Below, in pieces: positions 1 to 12,157 of a DNA stretch of 64,000 nucleotides. The translations under genes were made by a program, and so were the position numbers. Positions within the stretch are counted from its first letter, which is position 1. Every line of letters begins with the position of its first letter. The stretch is taken from assembly GCA_951406725.2 (NCBI GenBank), contig OX597815.1, forward strand, positions 169,632,001-169,696,000. The letters run 5' to 3'. The notes beneath the pieces were generated by a model. That model worked only from the letters and a program-made list of their open reading frames with translations. It did not search any database and was not told the DNA's origin. This stretch comes from Octopus vulgaris (lineage: Eukaryota).

Positions 1-955
1 AAGAAGACAGGTTATTATTTGAGGGAGATTTGGTTGCTATTTCTAGCATGGAAAGAAACCGTATATAGGCTCCCTCGTTGATCTAGAAGGAAAAAGGGTA
101 TTATGATGCATGTATCTATTCTGAGCGCATAACAACGTAAGTAAACTTGTGTCAGCCGAAATTCAAATCTGGATTGCGTTCTGTATATGTTAAGAGCTTG
201 CCTTTTTGTCTTACACTGCATGCTACGATCAAAAATATATTAATAGAATTTAATCGCTCATTCACATTCATAAATAGTTTTGTAGTTTTTCAGTTTGGCA
301 GACGTTTCTTATGATATATAAATTACTAAAACATTATATACTTGCATGATATATAGCTGACAAATGTCAGTTACATCAGACATATAAACGTCATATGCAT
401 ATTATATATTTATATATGAGATACGTAATATAAAACAAAAAGAATAAAAAGAAATCTACGCTTATATGGTCGAAATATGACAGTGCGGATATAGTTATTT
501 TCTTTATTTTGATTTTGTGCGTTATTGATTAAATTTAGTTTATAAGAAACGAAGGTATTAGCTTATACAACGGTGACTGCTATTTAAGATTAGCGCAAAC
601 TTTGAGGAACGAGATATATTATAACCGAACCGGCTATAATATTCCTCGTACGTCATGAGATTAAAAATTTATAACTGCATTTTATTTCTTTCCCGGCAAG
701 CAATTTTTTGTGTAGTCACACGTTTTAGTAAATCATTGCCGTACCGTATTCCCATTTCATTCATATAACATAAAAATAATATCTTTCCAGCTTAAAAAGT
801 TCGTGCTTTCAACACATTTTGAAAAGGCTTCGATCCTTTTAGATTTCTCTTTCATTAAAATTTTAAATTATAAGCAAGAAAGACATTTAACACTGACGAT
901 TTTGTTGAGTAAAAGACCGGACCATTACATTATACGTTGTTACATTACGTATAAC

Positions 956-1222
956 GTGGAGGCGCAATGGCCCAGTGGACTCGCGGTTTCGATTGTCAGA
1001 CCGAGCAAAAACACCTAAAGCTCCACGAGGCTCCGGTAGTGGGTGGTGGCGATCCCTGCTGTACTCTTTCGCCACAACTTTACCTCACTCTTTCTTCTGT
1101 TGGCCTGCTCGCTTAGCCAGCGGGGTGGTGTCATTTGAAGGCTTAAACAATGCGAAGCGCATTGTGACCAGCGATGTGTAGCAACATCTGATTGCCTGGT
1201 CGGTCACGGTGATCACAGTGAT
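956..1222 (+). mobile_element. tRNA-derived SINE (working name SINE-D, tail type 1), head internally deleted
   Basis: A-box-like TGGCCCAGTGG near the start. Core (aacacctaaagctccacg..ctctttcgccacaacttt) is shared with the 6631-6932 element. 12-bp TSD attacgtataac at 944-955 and 1223-1234. Confidence 0.85.
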
Positions 1223-1731
1223 ATTACGTATAACATATTTCATTTTAGCTACAAATTCACACACACATATACACACATACATAGTGATGAAGCAAGTTCA
1301 TCACGTCAAAGTGCGTGGCACACAATATGATGAATATAAAGTTAATTCATATACTTTATACAACTTTAGAAACAAATCGCTTTGTTGAGAAACGCGCGAT
1401 ATATGAGTCAACCGTGTATGACGACAGGCGCTCAAAAACTTTGAGTTGCTTTGAAGCTATTAGTAACTTGAACTGACAGGTCTATACAATTATATAAAAT
1501 TCATGCAAAACGCATATTGATTTGTAGCTGATATTCCACCGCGTGTGTCACGTACGTCTATGTAAATGTAAGTATTGCAGATCTGAATTGAACCAACATT
1601 GGATAAGGTTGGTAAAACACCCTTATGTATGTCACAATATTATTTTGAATTTTCTTTTTTTTTTCGCCTGTTTTCTTTTCTGCTTCCTCTGACTTCTAGA
1701 AGAATTACTCTGATTCAAAATCACAGCACAT

Positions 1732-2150
1732 GGATCTTTTCGGTTTAAACGGCAGTTTTTTTAAAATAATTTCCACGTAACTAAACACTTTTAAACTTCG
1801 TATACTGGTAGAATGTGATTATAAAACATCTTTTTCTCTTGGCTTTATTGAGAAAATTCTATAGTTTGTAAGATATTTCTTGTTTTTTTTCTTCAATTTC
1901 TGCGATTTCAACCAATCAGTGACGTGTATTGGGGCAAAAAACATTCTGTGCCGTATGAATATGTTCCTCGTTTAAGAAACAGATTGGGTTTATTTACATT
2001 TGTGAAGAAAAAAAGATACCCTTCCCCCCACCCATAACCCTAACCCTAAAACAGATTGAAATGCAATAGATCGATACTAGGGTCATAATTATGGGTGATA
2101 ATTTCATATGACACCGCTAGAAAAAACTGCCGTTCAAACCGAAACGATCC
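1732..2150. mobile_element. Non-autonomous DNA transposon (MITE), Merlin-like
   Basis: 30-bp TIRs with 28/30 identity (ggatcttttcggtttaaacggcagtttttt vs reverse complement of 2121-2150). 8-bp TSD cagcacat at 1724-1731 and 2151-2158. GG termini plus an 8-bp TSD fit the Merlin/IS1016 superfamily; hAT is not excluded. Confidence 0.85.
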
Positions 2151-3325
2151 CAGCACATTGTTAAAGTTGAACTTTTATTTCTTCTAACATACTTGCAGGA
2201 AGTTAACTTTGAATAATTAACCAAACTTGGAAGAATCAAATTATAAAGCTAAACAGAATATCAACATGAGCTAGCTTTAAACCATAATGAGTTTATACCA
2301 GCGATCACGGGCTTAATCACTGTTGATTGTTAAGTTTTTGAATCACAACAGTATGAATACCTGATACTCATTTCTTATCTTCATTAATAAAATATGGTTT
2401 GAAATCATTTCGAAGAAGTCATATTATATCTACATGATATTAAAATGTTATCACTTGTCATTGTGTATCATATTTCTAAACTTTGACTTGGATCTTCTTA
2501 GAAACAAATCTCTTTTCTGTATATTAATCCCGGCGGACTAACTTGTTTCTTCTTATCAAATGGCCTGTTGCTAATCTCTTTTAATACCAACAGCACAAAC
2601 ATCGTTATTATTACTGATAATAACGTCTCTTTTTGTTTCTAATTGTGATACAGTTAATACTGGAAGTACACTAAACAAAGCGTTTCTTTTTCTGCCGTTT
2701 TGTCTTCTTATTTTAAGACGAATTTCCTCATTAATTTATTTTTTATTAGAGCATATGGTAAAGAGAAACCTTCGAAAAGAATATGATATTTTAATGGAAA
2801 ATTCTGCCAGAATAAGATGAAGCTACATATGCGATACGAATGAAAACACGAATTTCATAAATTATTGATCAACATTGTGGCCGAAATGCTATTTCTCGCT
2901 CGAAGAGAATGATAGTTCATACAGTGCCGCAAGGTAAAGCAGTAGTTTGCTAGCTAAAATCAGAAAATTAGAGATCAGTGAAGGTACGGCTTCCTTGTAT
3001 AGCAATATTTGCATTGTTAAATGGTAATGTAGTTAACTCTCTTACTACCTTATGCTAAAATATTCTTAGTTACTAGCATAGCCGCAGTCCAATGATTAAA
3101 TTTAGTAAAACTTAATGCAATCGCTCAATCTATTAGAAATAGAAAATTCATCCCCTCAAATCTTACCATGATGTTAGACCCCCCCCCAAAAAAAAAACGA
3201 AGGCCACATTGAAGATGATATACTTGAAGGAATTACGGCCCGGTCGCTTTTGACCATAGGTATGTTCTGTCAGAGCCGTCCTTGGGCTAAACACTACTAC
3301 TATAAGTAAAGACAACTACACGAAT

Positions 3326-3675
3326 CTTTTCTTTATTGCCCATAATGGGCCAACATAGAGGGGGGACAATACAACATGATATGGGGGTTATGTATATCGA
3401 ATGGGATTATAAAATTTTATATAAAAATGATTATAAAAACGGATGAAACACAAATTACAAAACAAACAATAAAAGGATAATATGAGGTTAAAAAAACAAG
3501 TGTACTCCGACCCCACGTGCCTTGTCTTTTTAACCGACACCTTTTAGAAGTCCTTACAGCGTGTTCACGCAGGGCATTTCACTCCCAGTATCCGTGCAAC
3601 ACGCATCCATCTTTTTTTGTACGTATACTCTGACAGACACCTTCTCTCCAGCCATACCTTTCTTTTCAGATGAAA
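3326..3675 (-). mobile_element. 3' fragment of Tx1/L1-clade LINE (ORF2 C-terminus + 3' UTR)
   Basis: Minus strand 3675-3565 translates FHLKRKVWLERRCLSEYTYKKRWMRVARILGVKCPA*, resembling Tx1 ORF2 C-termini. It is followed by a T-rich UTR ending ...gggcaataaagaaaa. Confidence 0.6.
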
Positions 3676-3785
3676 CAAATTAAGTGGTCTTATAAAATAA
3701 GTACCAGTTGATTACTGAGGTGGATGTAATCAGCCACCCTACTTTCCCAAATCTCAGGTCATGAGCCTATGATAGAAAAAAAATT

Positions 3786-4035
3786 AAGACAGCGAGTTGG
3801 CGGAATTGTTGCATGTCGGACAAGACAGAATAGGAAAAAAAAATGCTTGGCTGTATTTCTTCTGGTTCTTTATATTCTGAGTTCAAATATCACTGAGGTT
3901 AACTTTGCCTTTCATCCTTTCAGGGTTCGAAAAAAATTAATGCCAGTTAAGCATTGGGTTTGGCAGCGGGGGCGGGGTTGGGTGGGTGGAGATATAATTG
4001 ACTTCTGGGAGTGTAGACCTCATGCCAAATCTGAA
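3786..4035 (+). mobile_element. SINE-B, degenerate copy
   Basis: ttctgagttcaaat (B box) and ggttaactttgcctttcatcctttcagggt core. Confidence 0.65.
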
Positions 4036-4316
4036 AGCATTATTTATCAAATAAAATTAAAGAACAATCACTGGTTATATTTAATACAGCTGTGATGTCT
4101 GGGCCTGGAATAGAATGGAATTTTTAGTCTACTGCTTTATAATCAAGTCTTAAGGCCTTGACGAAGGGCACCATCGTTGGGGTGTACTTTGAGCAACAGA
4201 TCAGTCTTTTATCCGGTTCTAAGTATATACTAATAATTTGATTATGAGAAAGCGTGAGTGAATGAAAGCATAAAAGAAATGAACTAAAGATTGTTATGTA
4301 TATATAGTATTTATAT

Positions 4317-4472
4317 GCACAGACATGGCTGTGTGGTTAAGAAAACCACTTTGGAACCGCGTGCTTTCGGATTTAGTACAGCTGTGCAGCATCATGGCAA
4401 AGTGTCTTCTGCTAAAGCCCCGGGCCTTGTAAGTGAATGTGGTCGGCGGAAACTGTGTGGAAGCGCCCATCG
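4317..4472 (+). mobile_element. SINE-A 5' half, degenerate
   Basis: catggctgtgtggttaag head and gtgtcttct..aagccccgggccttgtaagtg body. Confidence 0.65.
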
Positions 4473-4510
4473 CATGCATGTATATATATATATATATATA
4501 TATACATACA

Positions 4511-4697
4511 GGCGCAGGAGTAGATGTATGGCAAGTAGCTTGCTTACCAACCCCATGGTTCCGGGTTCAGTCCCACTGCATGGCACCTTGAACAAGTGTC
4601 TTCTACTATAGCCTCGGGCCGACCAAAGCCTTCTGAGTGGATTTGGTAGATGGAAACTGAAAGAAGCCCGTCACACACATACACACACATATATATA

Positions 4698-4759
<62 letters not shown>

Positions 4760-4965
4760 TGTGTTTCTCCCCCACCATCGCTTGACAACTAATATCGGTA
4801 TGTTTACATCCCCGTAACTTAGCGGCTTGGCAAAAGAGACCGATGGAATAAGTAACAGACTTTGATAAATAAATATTAGGATCCATCTATTCGAACATAC
4901 CATTTAAGACTATACTCCAGCATAGCCGCAGTCCAATGATTAAATTTAGTAAAAGACAAAAAGAC
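4511..4965 (+). mobile_element. SINE-A (tRNA head, internal microsatellite, CR1-like tail)
   Basis: Colinear with the 20512, 49187 and 60903 copies: ggttccgggttcagtcccactg B-box region, internal (TA)n, ccagcatagccgcagtc tail. Confidence 0.85.
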
Positions 4966-5289
4966 AGAGAGAGCATTACGTAAGCCATTCATTGAAGAAA
5001 GGCATAAAGGATTGCACGTGTGTTCGAGTGTTACAGATTGTCCATATGTGATCTATACATCAAATAGACAATCGATATAAATTATTCTCTTGATTAACAA
5101 CACTCTTTTAGAATAGTAAGCAATATTACTCATTTATCATTAGATAAGCATCTTTGTAGTTGATATTACTTTTATGCAGATTTTTTTCCAAAAATATTTC
5201 TAATCTTTTCTTCATCAATAACTGCTATAATCTTTCTTTGTAGTTACTCATTCAGCGTCAGTTACGAAGAAAAAAAAAATTTTTTTCAT

Positions 5290-5900
5290 AATAATAATGG
5301 TTTCATATTTTGGTACTAGCCCAGCAATTTTGGGGGAGGAGGTGATAAGTCGATTACATTAACCTTAAGTGTTTAACTGATACTTATTTTTTATCGATCC
5401 CTCAAAGATGAAATTCAAAGTCGACCTATGGGGACGTAGAACTCAGAACGTGAATGCGGGCGAAATGCCGCTAAAGCAGTTTGCCCAACGTACGAACGAT
5501 TCTGTCAGCTCGTCGTCTTTTCTTTGAGAATAATTACGGTTTCATATTTTGGTGCTAAGCCACCAATTCTGGAGGAGGGGGAGATAAGTCGATTATATAG
5601 ATCCAGTCGACTTCGGGGGAATTTGAACTCAGAACGTGTAGACAGGCGAAATGCCGTCAAAGTACTTCGCCTGGCGTGCTAACGATTCACCAGCTCCTCG
5701 CCTTTTCTTTGAGAATAATTATGGTTTCATATTTTGATACTAGTCCAGGAATTTTAGGAGATAAGTCGATTATGTAGACCCCAGGTGTTTAACTCGTGCT
5801 TCAAAGTCGACCTCGGAGAAATTTGAACTCAGAACGTAAAGAAATGACGTTGAATATTTTTGCCCTGATACGCTAAAGACTCTTCCAGCTCGTCACCTCT
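5290..5900 (-). mobile_element. Three head-to-tail degenerate SINE-B copies (tail type 2)
   Basis: Three repeats of ggtttcatatttt..gataagtcgatt..gtcgac..gaactcagaacgt..cagctc. Near-identical junction ctttgagaataatta(c/t)ggtttcatatttt at about 5522 and 5707. Confidence 0.8.
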
Positions 5901-5954
5901 TTTTCAGTATACAAATGGATAGAGATATCCATGGTTAAAGATAATGCATTGAGA

Positions 5955-5992
<38 letters not shown>

Positions 5993-6630
5993 AAGTCCCA
6001 GATCAGCTGTGACTGATCAAAGCTGTATCAAGTTGGCAATCAGCCAAACGACTAGGTGTGACCCACACATGCGTTATTCTATATGTGCTTGTATTGGCAG
6101 TAAGTAGAGTAACAAAAAAAAAAAAAAAAAACAAAATAAACAAAAATCAAAACAAATAAAACCTAAATGAAATAAAGAGAAACGCAATGGCTATTTACTT
6201 TTTCGCTTGGAAGCACAAGAATTCCGCTGTATTAAATGGACAAATCTATTCTGCATGGTGCAGTAGAAATGAGAGAAACCACCCAGAAGTAACTGCCAAG
6301 TATTCAGAGATCTTAGAGTCTTTGATGTGCTTAAAGGCAGTAAACTTCTACAGGAAAATGACAATTGATAATCTACACGATGTGGAAAATAAACCAGACG
6401 ATTAACACCTGTGGTGTACTGTGGGAAGCTACGTTGCTGCACAACAATTCCGACGTACCAATGTGGGATCGACCTGATATACCGTGTTCTGACATATAAG
6501 ACGAACCTCTCTGCAAAAGATGTTTCAAAACATCACATCAAGTCCCATATAACACATAGGGCCTATCTATATTACATGCTTTAATGTACTAAAACCTTTC
6601 TGTTTTCCTGAATATGCTCTGCTGAAATTG

Positions 6631-6932
6631 TTTGTTCCTTCTCGAGCCATGCCTGGCTCATAAGGGCCGGTTTCCAGGTTTCCGTGACGTATAGGTTCCC
6701 CACCTGGACGGGACGCCGGTCCGTTGCAGGTGAGCTGCAAGATGCAGGAAGAAAGAATGAGAGAAAGTTGTGGCGAAAGAGTCAGCAGAAGTTCGCCATT
6801 ACCTTCTGCCGGAGCCGCGTGGAGCTTAGGTGTTTCGCTCATAAACACACACATCACCAGGTCTAAGATTCGAACCCGCGATCTCTCGACCGCGAGTCCG
6901 CTGCTTAAACCAGTATGCCATGTGCCTTCACT
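6631..6932 (-). mobile_element. tRNA-derived SINE (SINE-D, tail type 2), full length
   Basis: Minus strand starts gtgaaggcacatggcatactgg and has a B box ggttcgaatc. Shares the core with 956-1222 and ends in (aaac)n. 11-bp TSD tgctgaaattg at 6620-6630 and 6933-6943. Confidence 0.85.
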
Positions 6933-7317
6933 TGCTGAAATTGGGATGAGGCTAATATATATCCGTGCATCTCTTATAAACAGACCCGGTAAAAAAACAA
7001 AGATCCAGCCGAATCTCTCTCGAATTAAACTACACAGTATTAAACAAGAAACAACACATAGGTTCATACAGTCCTAGATATACCTCAAAAGTCATGAAGG
7101 CTATGACTGGAATGTCCTTCTTAATAGGCCTAGTTGATCAAGGATGACCTGGTGCTGTTCAACAATAACTTTAAGGCCATCGATTTTCGACGCAAGTGAC
7201 ACCAAATTAGCTATTACAAAAGAAAGAACTCAGTTGTGGCACGCCAGTAAATGTCCTACTTTTATTGCCTTTTAGCAACATTTATAAAAAAACAAAAATT
7301 CTGGCACAATTCTACTG

Positions 7318-7640
7318 GGAAGGCACGTGGCTTAACGGCCAAGGTATATTCGACTTACGATCTTACGATCATGAATTTGATTCCAGGTGGTGCGTTGTTT
7401 CCTCAAGCAAGAAACTAAATTACGTATTGCTCCAGTCCACTCAGCCGGGAAAAATGAGTTGTATCTGTTATTCAAAAAGCCAGCTTTGACACATTCGGCG
7501 TGTCACGCTGAATCTGAGAACTACGATAAGGGTACGCGTGTCTGTGAAGTGATCATTCACACACGTTAATTTTACGAGCAGGCTGTTCCGTTGATCGAAT
7601 GAACTGGAACACGCGTCGTCGCAACCGACAGAGAGCCAGG
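7318..7640 (+). mobile_element. tRNA-derived SINE (SINE-C), degenerate
   Basis: gaaggcacgtggcttaacgg head and CORE/V-like gttgtttcctcaagcaagaaact..ttgctccagtccactcagc. Related to 35020, 39126 and 31965. Confidence 0.65.
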
Positions 7641-8430
7641 CTATGTATATCTACCCAAAAAGTTACAATATCAGTTTCGAAGACTGATATTGATATTGTA
7701 AATAATTCCAATAGCGAGAAAAATTTCTCCCAGAAATACTTTAGGCCTGCGTCACGTATATTACATTTCTTTGAAAGAATATATAATGGTTAAGAGTAAG
7801 TCAGAAGGCGTATAATAGATACAAACAGATTACTATTAAAATCCTTTGAAAGAATAAAGACGTATGAATTTATCAGGAATTTTGAAAATAGGAATCTTAA
7901 ACAAAAGCAGCAAGATACTCGGACCGGAATAAACAATCATACCCGACTCCTTCAAGTAGATGACATTTGAAACTGTAGGATAAGGCTTAAAAGTTGGTGC
8001 TGATATTTTGACCTCGGTAAAGCTGTGAAAGTGTTAATCATACACTTTCTTTTATTGAGAAAAGGGCAAAGCATTATAAGCTTACGTTGAAATATAAAAC
8101 AGTTTATGATCAATAGTATTCGCCATGTCGTCATTAATGGACAATACTGAAATTCAGTACGAATCTTTAGCAGTGACTCCTCTTTCCATAAAAACTTGTA
8201 CTGGGTTTCATTCCCTTCACAGATTATAGGAATAATCTAATGATTGAAACTCATAAAAGCTAAACTACGATACAAGTTTACAAAGTATCATAAAGTGCCA
8301 AATAGATTACTTAATTTATATTACTCATGTTTGGTAAAAATGATAGGACAAAGCACATTTAGGTGACGCATTTTCTAACACTGCATTCGGCAACGAATCA
8401 AATCTTGATGTACAGCTAATCGTTTTTAGA

Positions 8431-8434
<4 letters not shown>

Positions 8435-8504
<70 letters not shown>

Positions 8505-8678
8505 TTGGAGCAATCTCAAGATTAATCAGCCGAAATTGCGAGGATGATCCGGTTCTTGACTGAAGATTAAAGGCTTCGAATGACCCGTCCGTGTTTTTTG
8601 TATCGTCTATTTGGATGTTTTGCGTTCTTGTTCCATTTTGTATTTTTTATATATATATATATTGATATGTATTTATAT

Positions 8679-8756
<78 letters not shown>

Positions 8757-8817
8757 GTATTTATGTATATACATATATATATTTATATATATCTATATGT
8801 ATTTATATGTATATATC

Positions 8818-8887
<70 letters not shown>

Positions 8888-8918
8888 GTGTGTGTGTGTG
8901 TGTGTGTGTATATATTAA

Positions 8919-8949
<31 letters not shown>

Positions 8950-9227
8950 CTGTCTATGTATATAAGTATATATTTATATAAATATATATAAATATATATA
9001 TGTATATATTTAGATATATATAGATATATAAATATATATATATAAATATATGTATAAATACACACACACACACAAACACACATATATATATATAAATACT
9101 TGTATATACATATATATATATATATGCATATGCATATATATATATAAATATATATGTATACACACACATATATATATATAAGTATATATATAAATATATA
9201 TTTATACAGTTTTATAAATATATAATT

Positions 9228-9288
<61 letters not shown>

Positions 9289-9365
9289 TATATATGCATA
9301 TATATATAAATATATATATATGCATATATATATGTATAGTTATATATATGTATATATATATATAA

Positions 9366-9396
<31 letters not shown>

Positions 9397-9444
9397 GTTA
9401 TATATATGTATATATATACATATATATAAATATATACATACGTG

Positions 9445-9476
<32 letters not shown>

Positions 9477-9484
9477 TATATACA
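8435..9484. repeat. Compound (TA)n/(TG)n/(CA)n microsatellite field with a short embedded repeat fragment (about 8505-8645)
   Basis: Directly visible. Confidence 0.95.
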
Positions 9485-12029
9485 TGAACCTCATCAACAC
9501 TGAACCTCATCAACACCCTGTACATGGAGCAGGTAATACTCCAACCAACCAGGGCAGGTAACACACTGGATCTCTGCTTCACAAATGACATGGATCTCAT
9601 CCATAATGTGAAAGTGACACCGACACTACTCTCGGATCACAACATGATAGAGCTGACCATGTACGGGCCAAAAGAGAGCACGGACATGCAGCCTACAAGA
9701 AACCCTCAAAATCTTTCCAGCTTGAACTACCATAAGGCAAACTGGAAACAAATTGAGAAAGAGATCCTCAAACAAAACTGGCCTGAATGTCTCTCCTCGC
9801 CAGACATCGATGTGAAACTTCAACAATTCATGTCTGTAATGCAAGCCATATGCTACAAATGTGTCCCAGAGAGAAAGGCCACTGTACACAAGAACAAAAT
9901 CCCCAGAGAGAGGAAAATTTTAATGAGACGGCGTACGAAATTTTCAAATCGCCTAAACAAACAGATTGAAAGCAGTGAAAAGTCCCGCCTAAAAATAAAA
10001 CTGTTGGAAATCGAAAAATGTCTGCAACTCTCCCATGAAAAAGAAAGAGCAGACAAAGAAGCCTGGGCTATAGAAAACATAAAATCTAACCCCAGAGCTT
10101 TCTACAGGTATGCCAAAGAAACAGCTACAGTGCACTGTAGAATAGGGCCACTCCTTGAAAAGGATGGCACACTTACAGGAAAACCAATGAGGGTAAGTGA
10201 AATACTGAATGAGCAATTCAAGAGTGTTTTCACTCCACCCCTTGGGCATCTCCAAATCACCAATCCAACTGACTTTTTTACCACTGCAGATATAAAATCA
10301 GAGGCGGCGACGATAGATTACATCGATATAAAGGAAGACGATGTAACCAAGGCTATAGATGAAATGAAAACAGACTCAGCTACTGGCCCCGATGGATTCC
10401 CGGCAATCCTCCTAAAAGCATGTAAGAGAGTCCTAGCAAGACCACTGCAGTTCCTCTTTCAGAGCTTCCTTGCAGCTGGCAAACTTCCAGGAAAACTGAA
10501 GGAAGGTAAAATATGCCCCATTCATAAAGGAGGTAGCAGAGCGGAAGCCAAGAACTATAGACCTATCTCTCTGACCTCACACATCAGCAAGGTCATGGAA
10601 CGAATAGTCAGAAGGAAGCTGATCACCTTCCTTGAAGAGAATGACCTGCTGCCCGACACCCAACATGGTTTCCGACCAGGGAGAAGCTGTTTAACTCAGC
10701 TCCTACAACACTATGACTGGGTGCTGAAACGGCTGCTCAACCACTCAAATGTGGAAGTGATATATCTCGACTTTGCAAAGGCCTTTGATAAAGTCGATCA
10801 TGGAATGATATGTCACAAACTGCGTGATCTCAACATAGTTGGAAAACTGGGAGAATGGCTTCATGACTTTCTGAAGGATAGAAGTCAGGTGGTAGTAGCC
10901 AATGGGGCCACCTCCATTAACACACAAATAGTGAGCGGTGTTCCGCAGGGCACTGTTCTGGGACCACTACTGTTCATAATGGCCCTCTCAGACATGCCCT
11001 CAGCCACGCAGAGAGCCACGATCACAAGTTATGCAGATGATACAAAAGTCTCACAGGCAATACAGAACCCTGAGGACACTAAACACCTGCAATGTGAGCT
11101 GGACGAAATATACAAGTGGGCTGAAAAGAATAGCATGCAGTTCAATGCTGGAAAGTTTCAAGCTTTATACTATCAGCATGCAAAACTGAATGCAATACCC
11201 AATGAATACACTGGACCCGGAGGGATTGCAATCCCAGAGGCACAATCAGTGCGTGACCTTGGTATTCACATGAGTGATGACGCGACCTTTCATGTACATG
11301 TTGCTAAACTGACAATGAAATGTAGACGGCTGGCTGGATGGATTCTTAGAACCTTTAGAACAAGAGAACAAGAAACCATGATGGTCCTCTGGAAGACACT
11401 TGTCCTAAGCCACTTTGACTATTGCTCTCAGCTATGGTCACCATCCAGTGTCAAGTTGATCACAGAACTTGAGGCGATCCAACGAAGCTACACAAAGAAG
11501 ATAGCCTCTATGCAGAATGTAAGCTACTGGGAAAGACTCAAGAGATTAAAATTATATTCCCTGGAGCGTAGGCGGGAAAGATATGCCATAATATACATCT
11601 GGAAGATCCTGGAGGGAAGTGTCCTGAACTTTGGCATCGAGAGTTACGCAAATGCCAGAACTGGGCGCCACTGCGTGGTGCCTAGGACTCCAAACCTGCC
11701 ATCAAGATGTAGGACAAGATTCTGTGATAGCCTGGGCTTCCGAGGCCCACAGCTCTTCAATATCCTCCCGAAGAACCTGAGAGACCTGCATGGGGTGGAT
11801 ACAAATGTCTTTAAAATGAAGCTGGATCTCTTCCTGTCAGGTGTCCCAGATGAACCAACTTCACGGCAGGAGGGGCAGATGAGGGCAGCTGCATCGAACT
11901 CTCTCATGCACCAAATAGCAGTTGCTAGAAAGCCTCCATGAAGTGAAACCAAGTAGCAACACCAAATGGCGGTGCCCCAGCATGGCCACAGCTCATAAGC
12001 TGAAACTAGAATCAATCAATCAATCAATC
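9485..12029 (+). mobile_element. 5'-truncated CR1/L2-group LINE, young copy
   Basis: Uninterrupted ORF2, short 3' UTR with hairpin cagct-cata-agctg (11989-12002) and (AATC)5 tail at 12010-12029. 16-bp tandem duplication at the 5' junction. Confidence 0.95.
9524..11941 (+). CDS. LINE ORF2: C-terminal end of APE endonuclease + reverse transcriptase (N-terminally truncated)
   Basis: [13 protein letters not shown] (APE end), [73 protein letters not shown] (CR1-like C-terminal domain). Confidence 0.95.
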   Translation: MEQVILQPTRAGNTLDLCFTNDMDLIHNVKVTPTLLSDHNMIELTMYGPKESTDMQPTRNPQNLSSLNYHKANWKQIEKEILKQNWPECLSSPDIDVKLQQFMSVMQAICYKCVPERKATVHKNKIPRERKILMRRRTKFSNRLNKQIESSEKSRLKIKLLEIEKCLQLSHEKERADKEAWAIENIKSNPRAFYRYAKETATVHCRIGPLLEKDGTLTGKPMRVSEILNEQFKSVFTPPLGHLQITNPTDFFTTADIKSEAATIDYIDIKEDDVTKAIDEMKTDSATGPDGFPAILLKACKRVLARPLQFLFQSFLAAGKLPGKLKEGKICPIHKGGSRAEAKNYRPISLTSHISKVMERIVRRKLITFLEENDLLPDTQHGFRPGRSCLTQLLQHYDWVLKRLLNHSNVEVIYLDFAKAFDKVDHGMICHKLRDLNIVGKLGEWLHDFLKDRSQVVVANGATSINTQIVSGVPQGTVLGPLLFIMALSDMPSATQRATITSYADDTKVSQAIQNPEDTKHLQCELDEIYKWAEKNSMQFNAGKFQALYYQHAKLNAIPNEYTGPGGIAIPEAQSVRDLGIHMSDDATFHVHVAKLTMKCRRLAGWILRTFRTREQETMMVLWKTLVLSHFDYCSQLWSPSSVKLITELEAIQRSYTKKIASMQNVSYWERLKRLKLYSLERRRERYAIIYIWKILEGSVLNFGIESYANARTGRHCVVPRTPNLPSRCRTRFCDSLGFRGPQLFNILPKNLRDLHGVDTNVFKMKLDLFLSGVPDEPTSRQEGQMRAAASNSLMHQIAVARKPP

Positions 12030-12126
12030 ATACATACATAAATATATAAATATATAAATATATATACGCACACATCAGTATATATGCATACAACCGTACA
12101 CGTATCCGTACACGCTCATACAGGGT

Positions 12127-12157
<31 letters not shown>

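Noticed and set aside
6187-6560. Coding-looking stretch (TAKYSEILES..; CGIDLI) as transposase or integrase relic
   Set aside because: Only isolated few-residue resemblances in different frames; cannot be assigned.
6567-7077. 166-aa and 117-aa ORFs; similar ORFs over SINE-A/B copies
   Set aside because: They span SINE bodies; the recurring peptides (EDTCPRCHAVGLNP, RNLNSER) are SINE translations.
8545-8590. ctgaaga..cgaa as a hammerhead
   Set aside because: Stem II and the GAAA core are not properly formed.
9626-12015. Antisense and alternate-frame ORFs inside the LINEs (also 54317-55183)
   Set aside because: Shadows of the RT reading frame.
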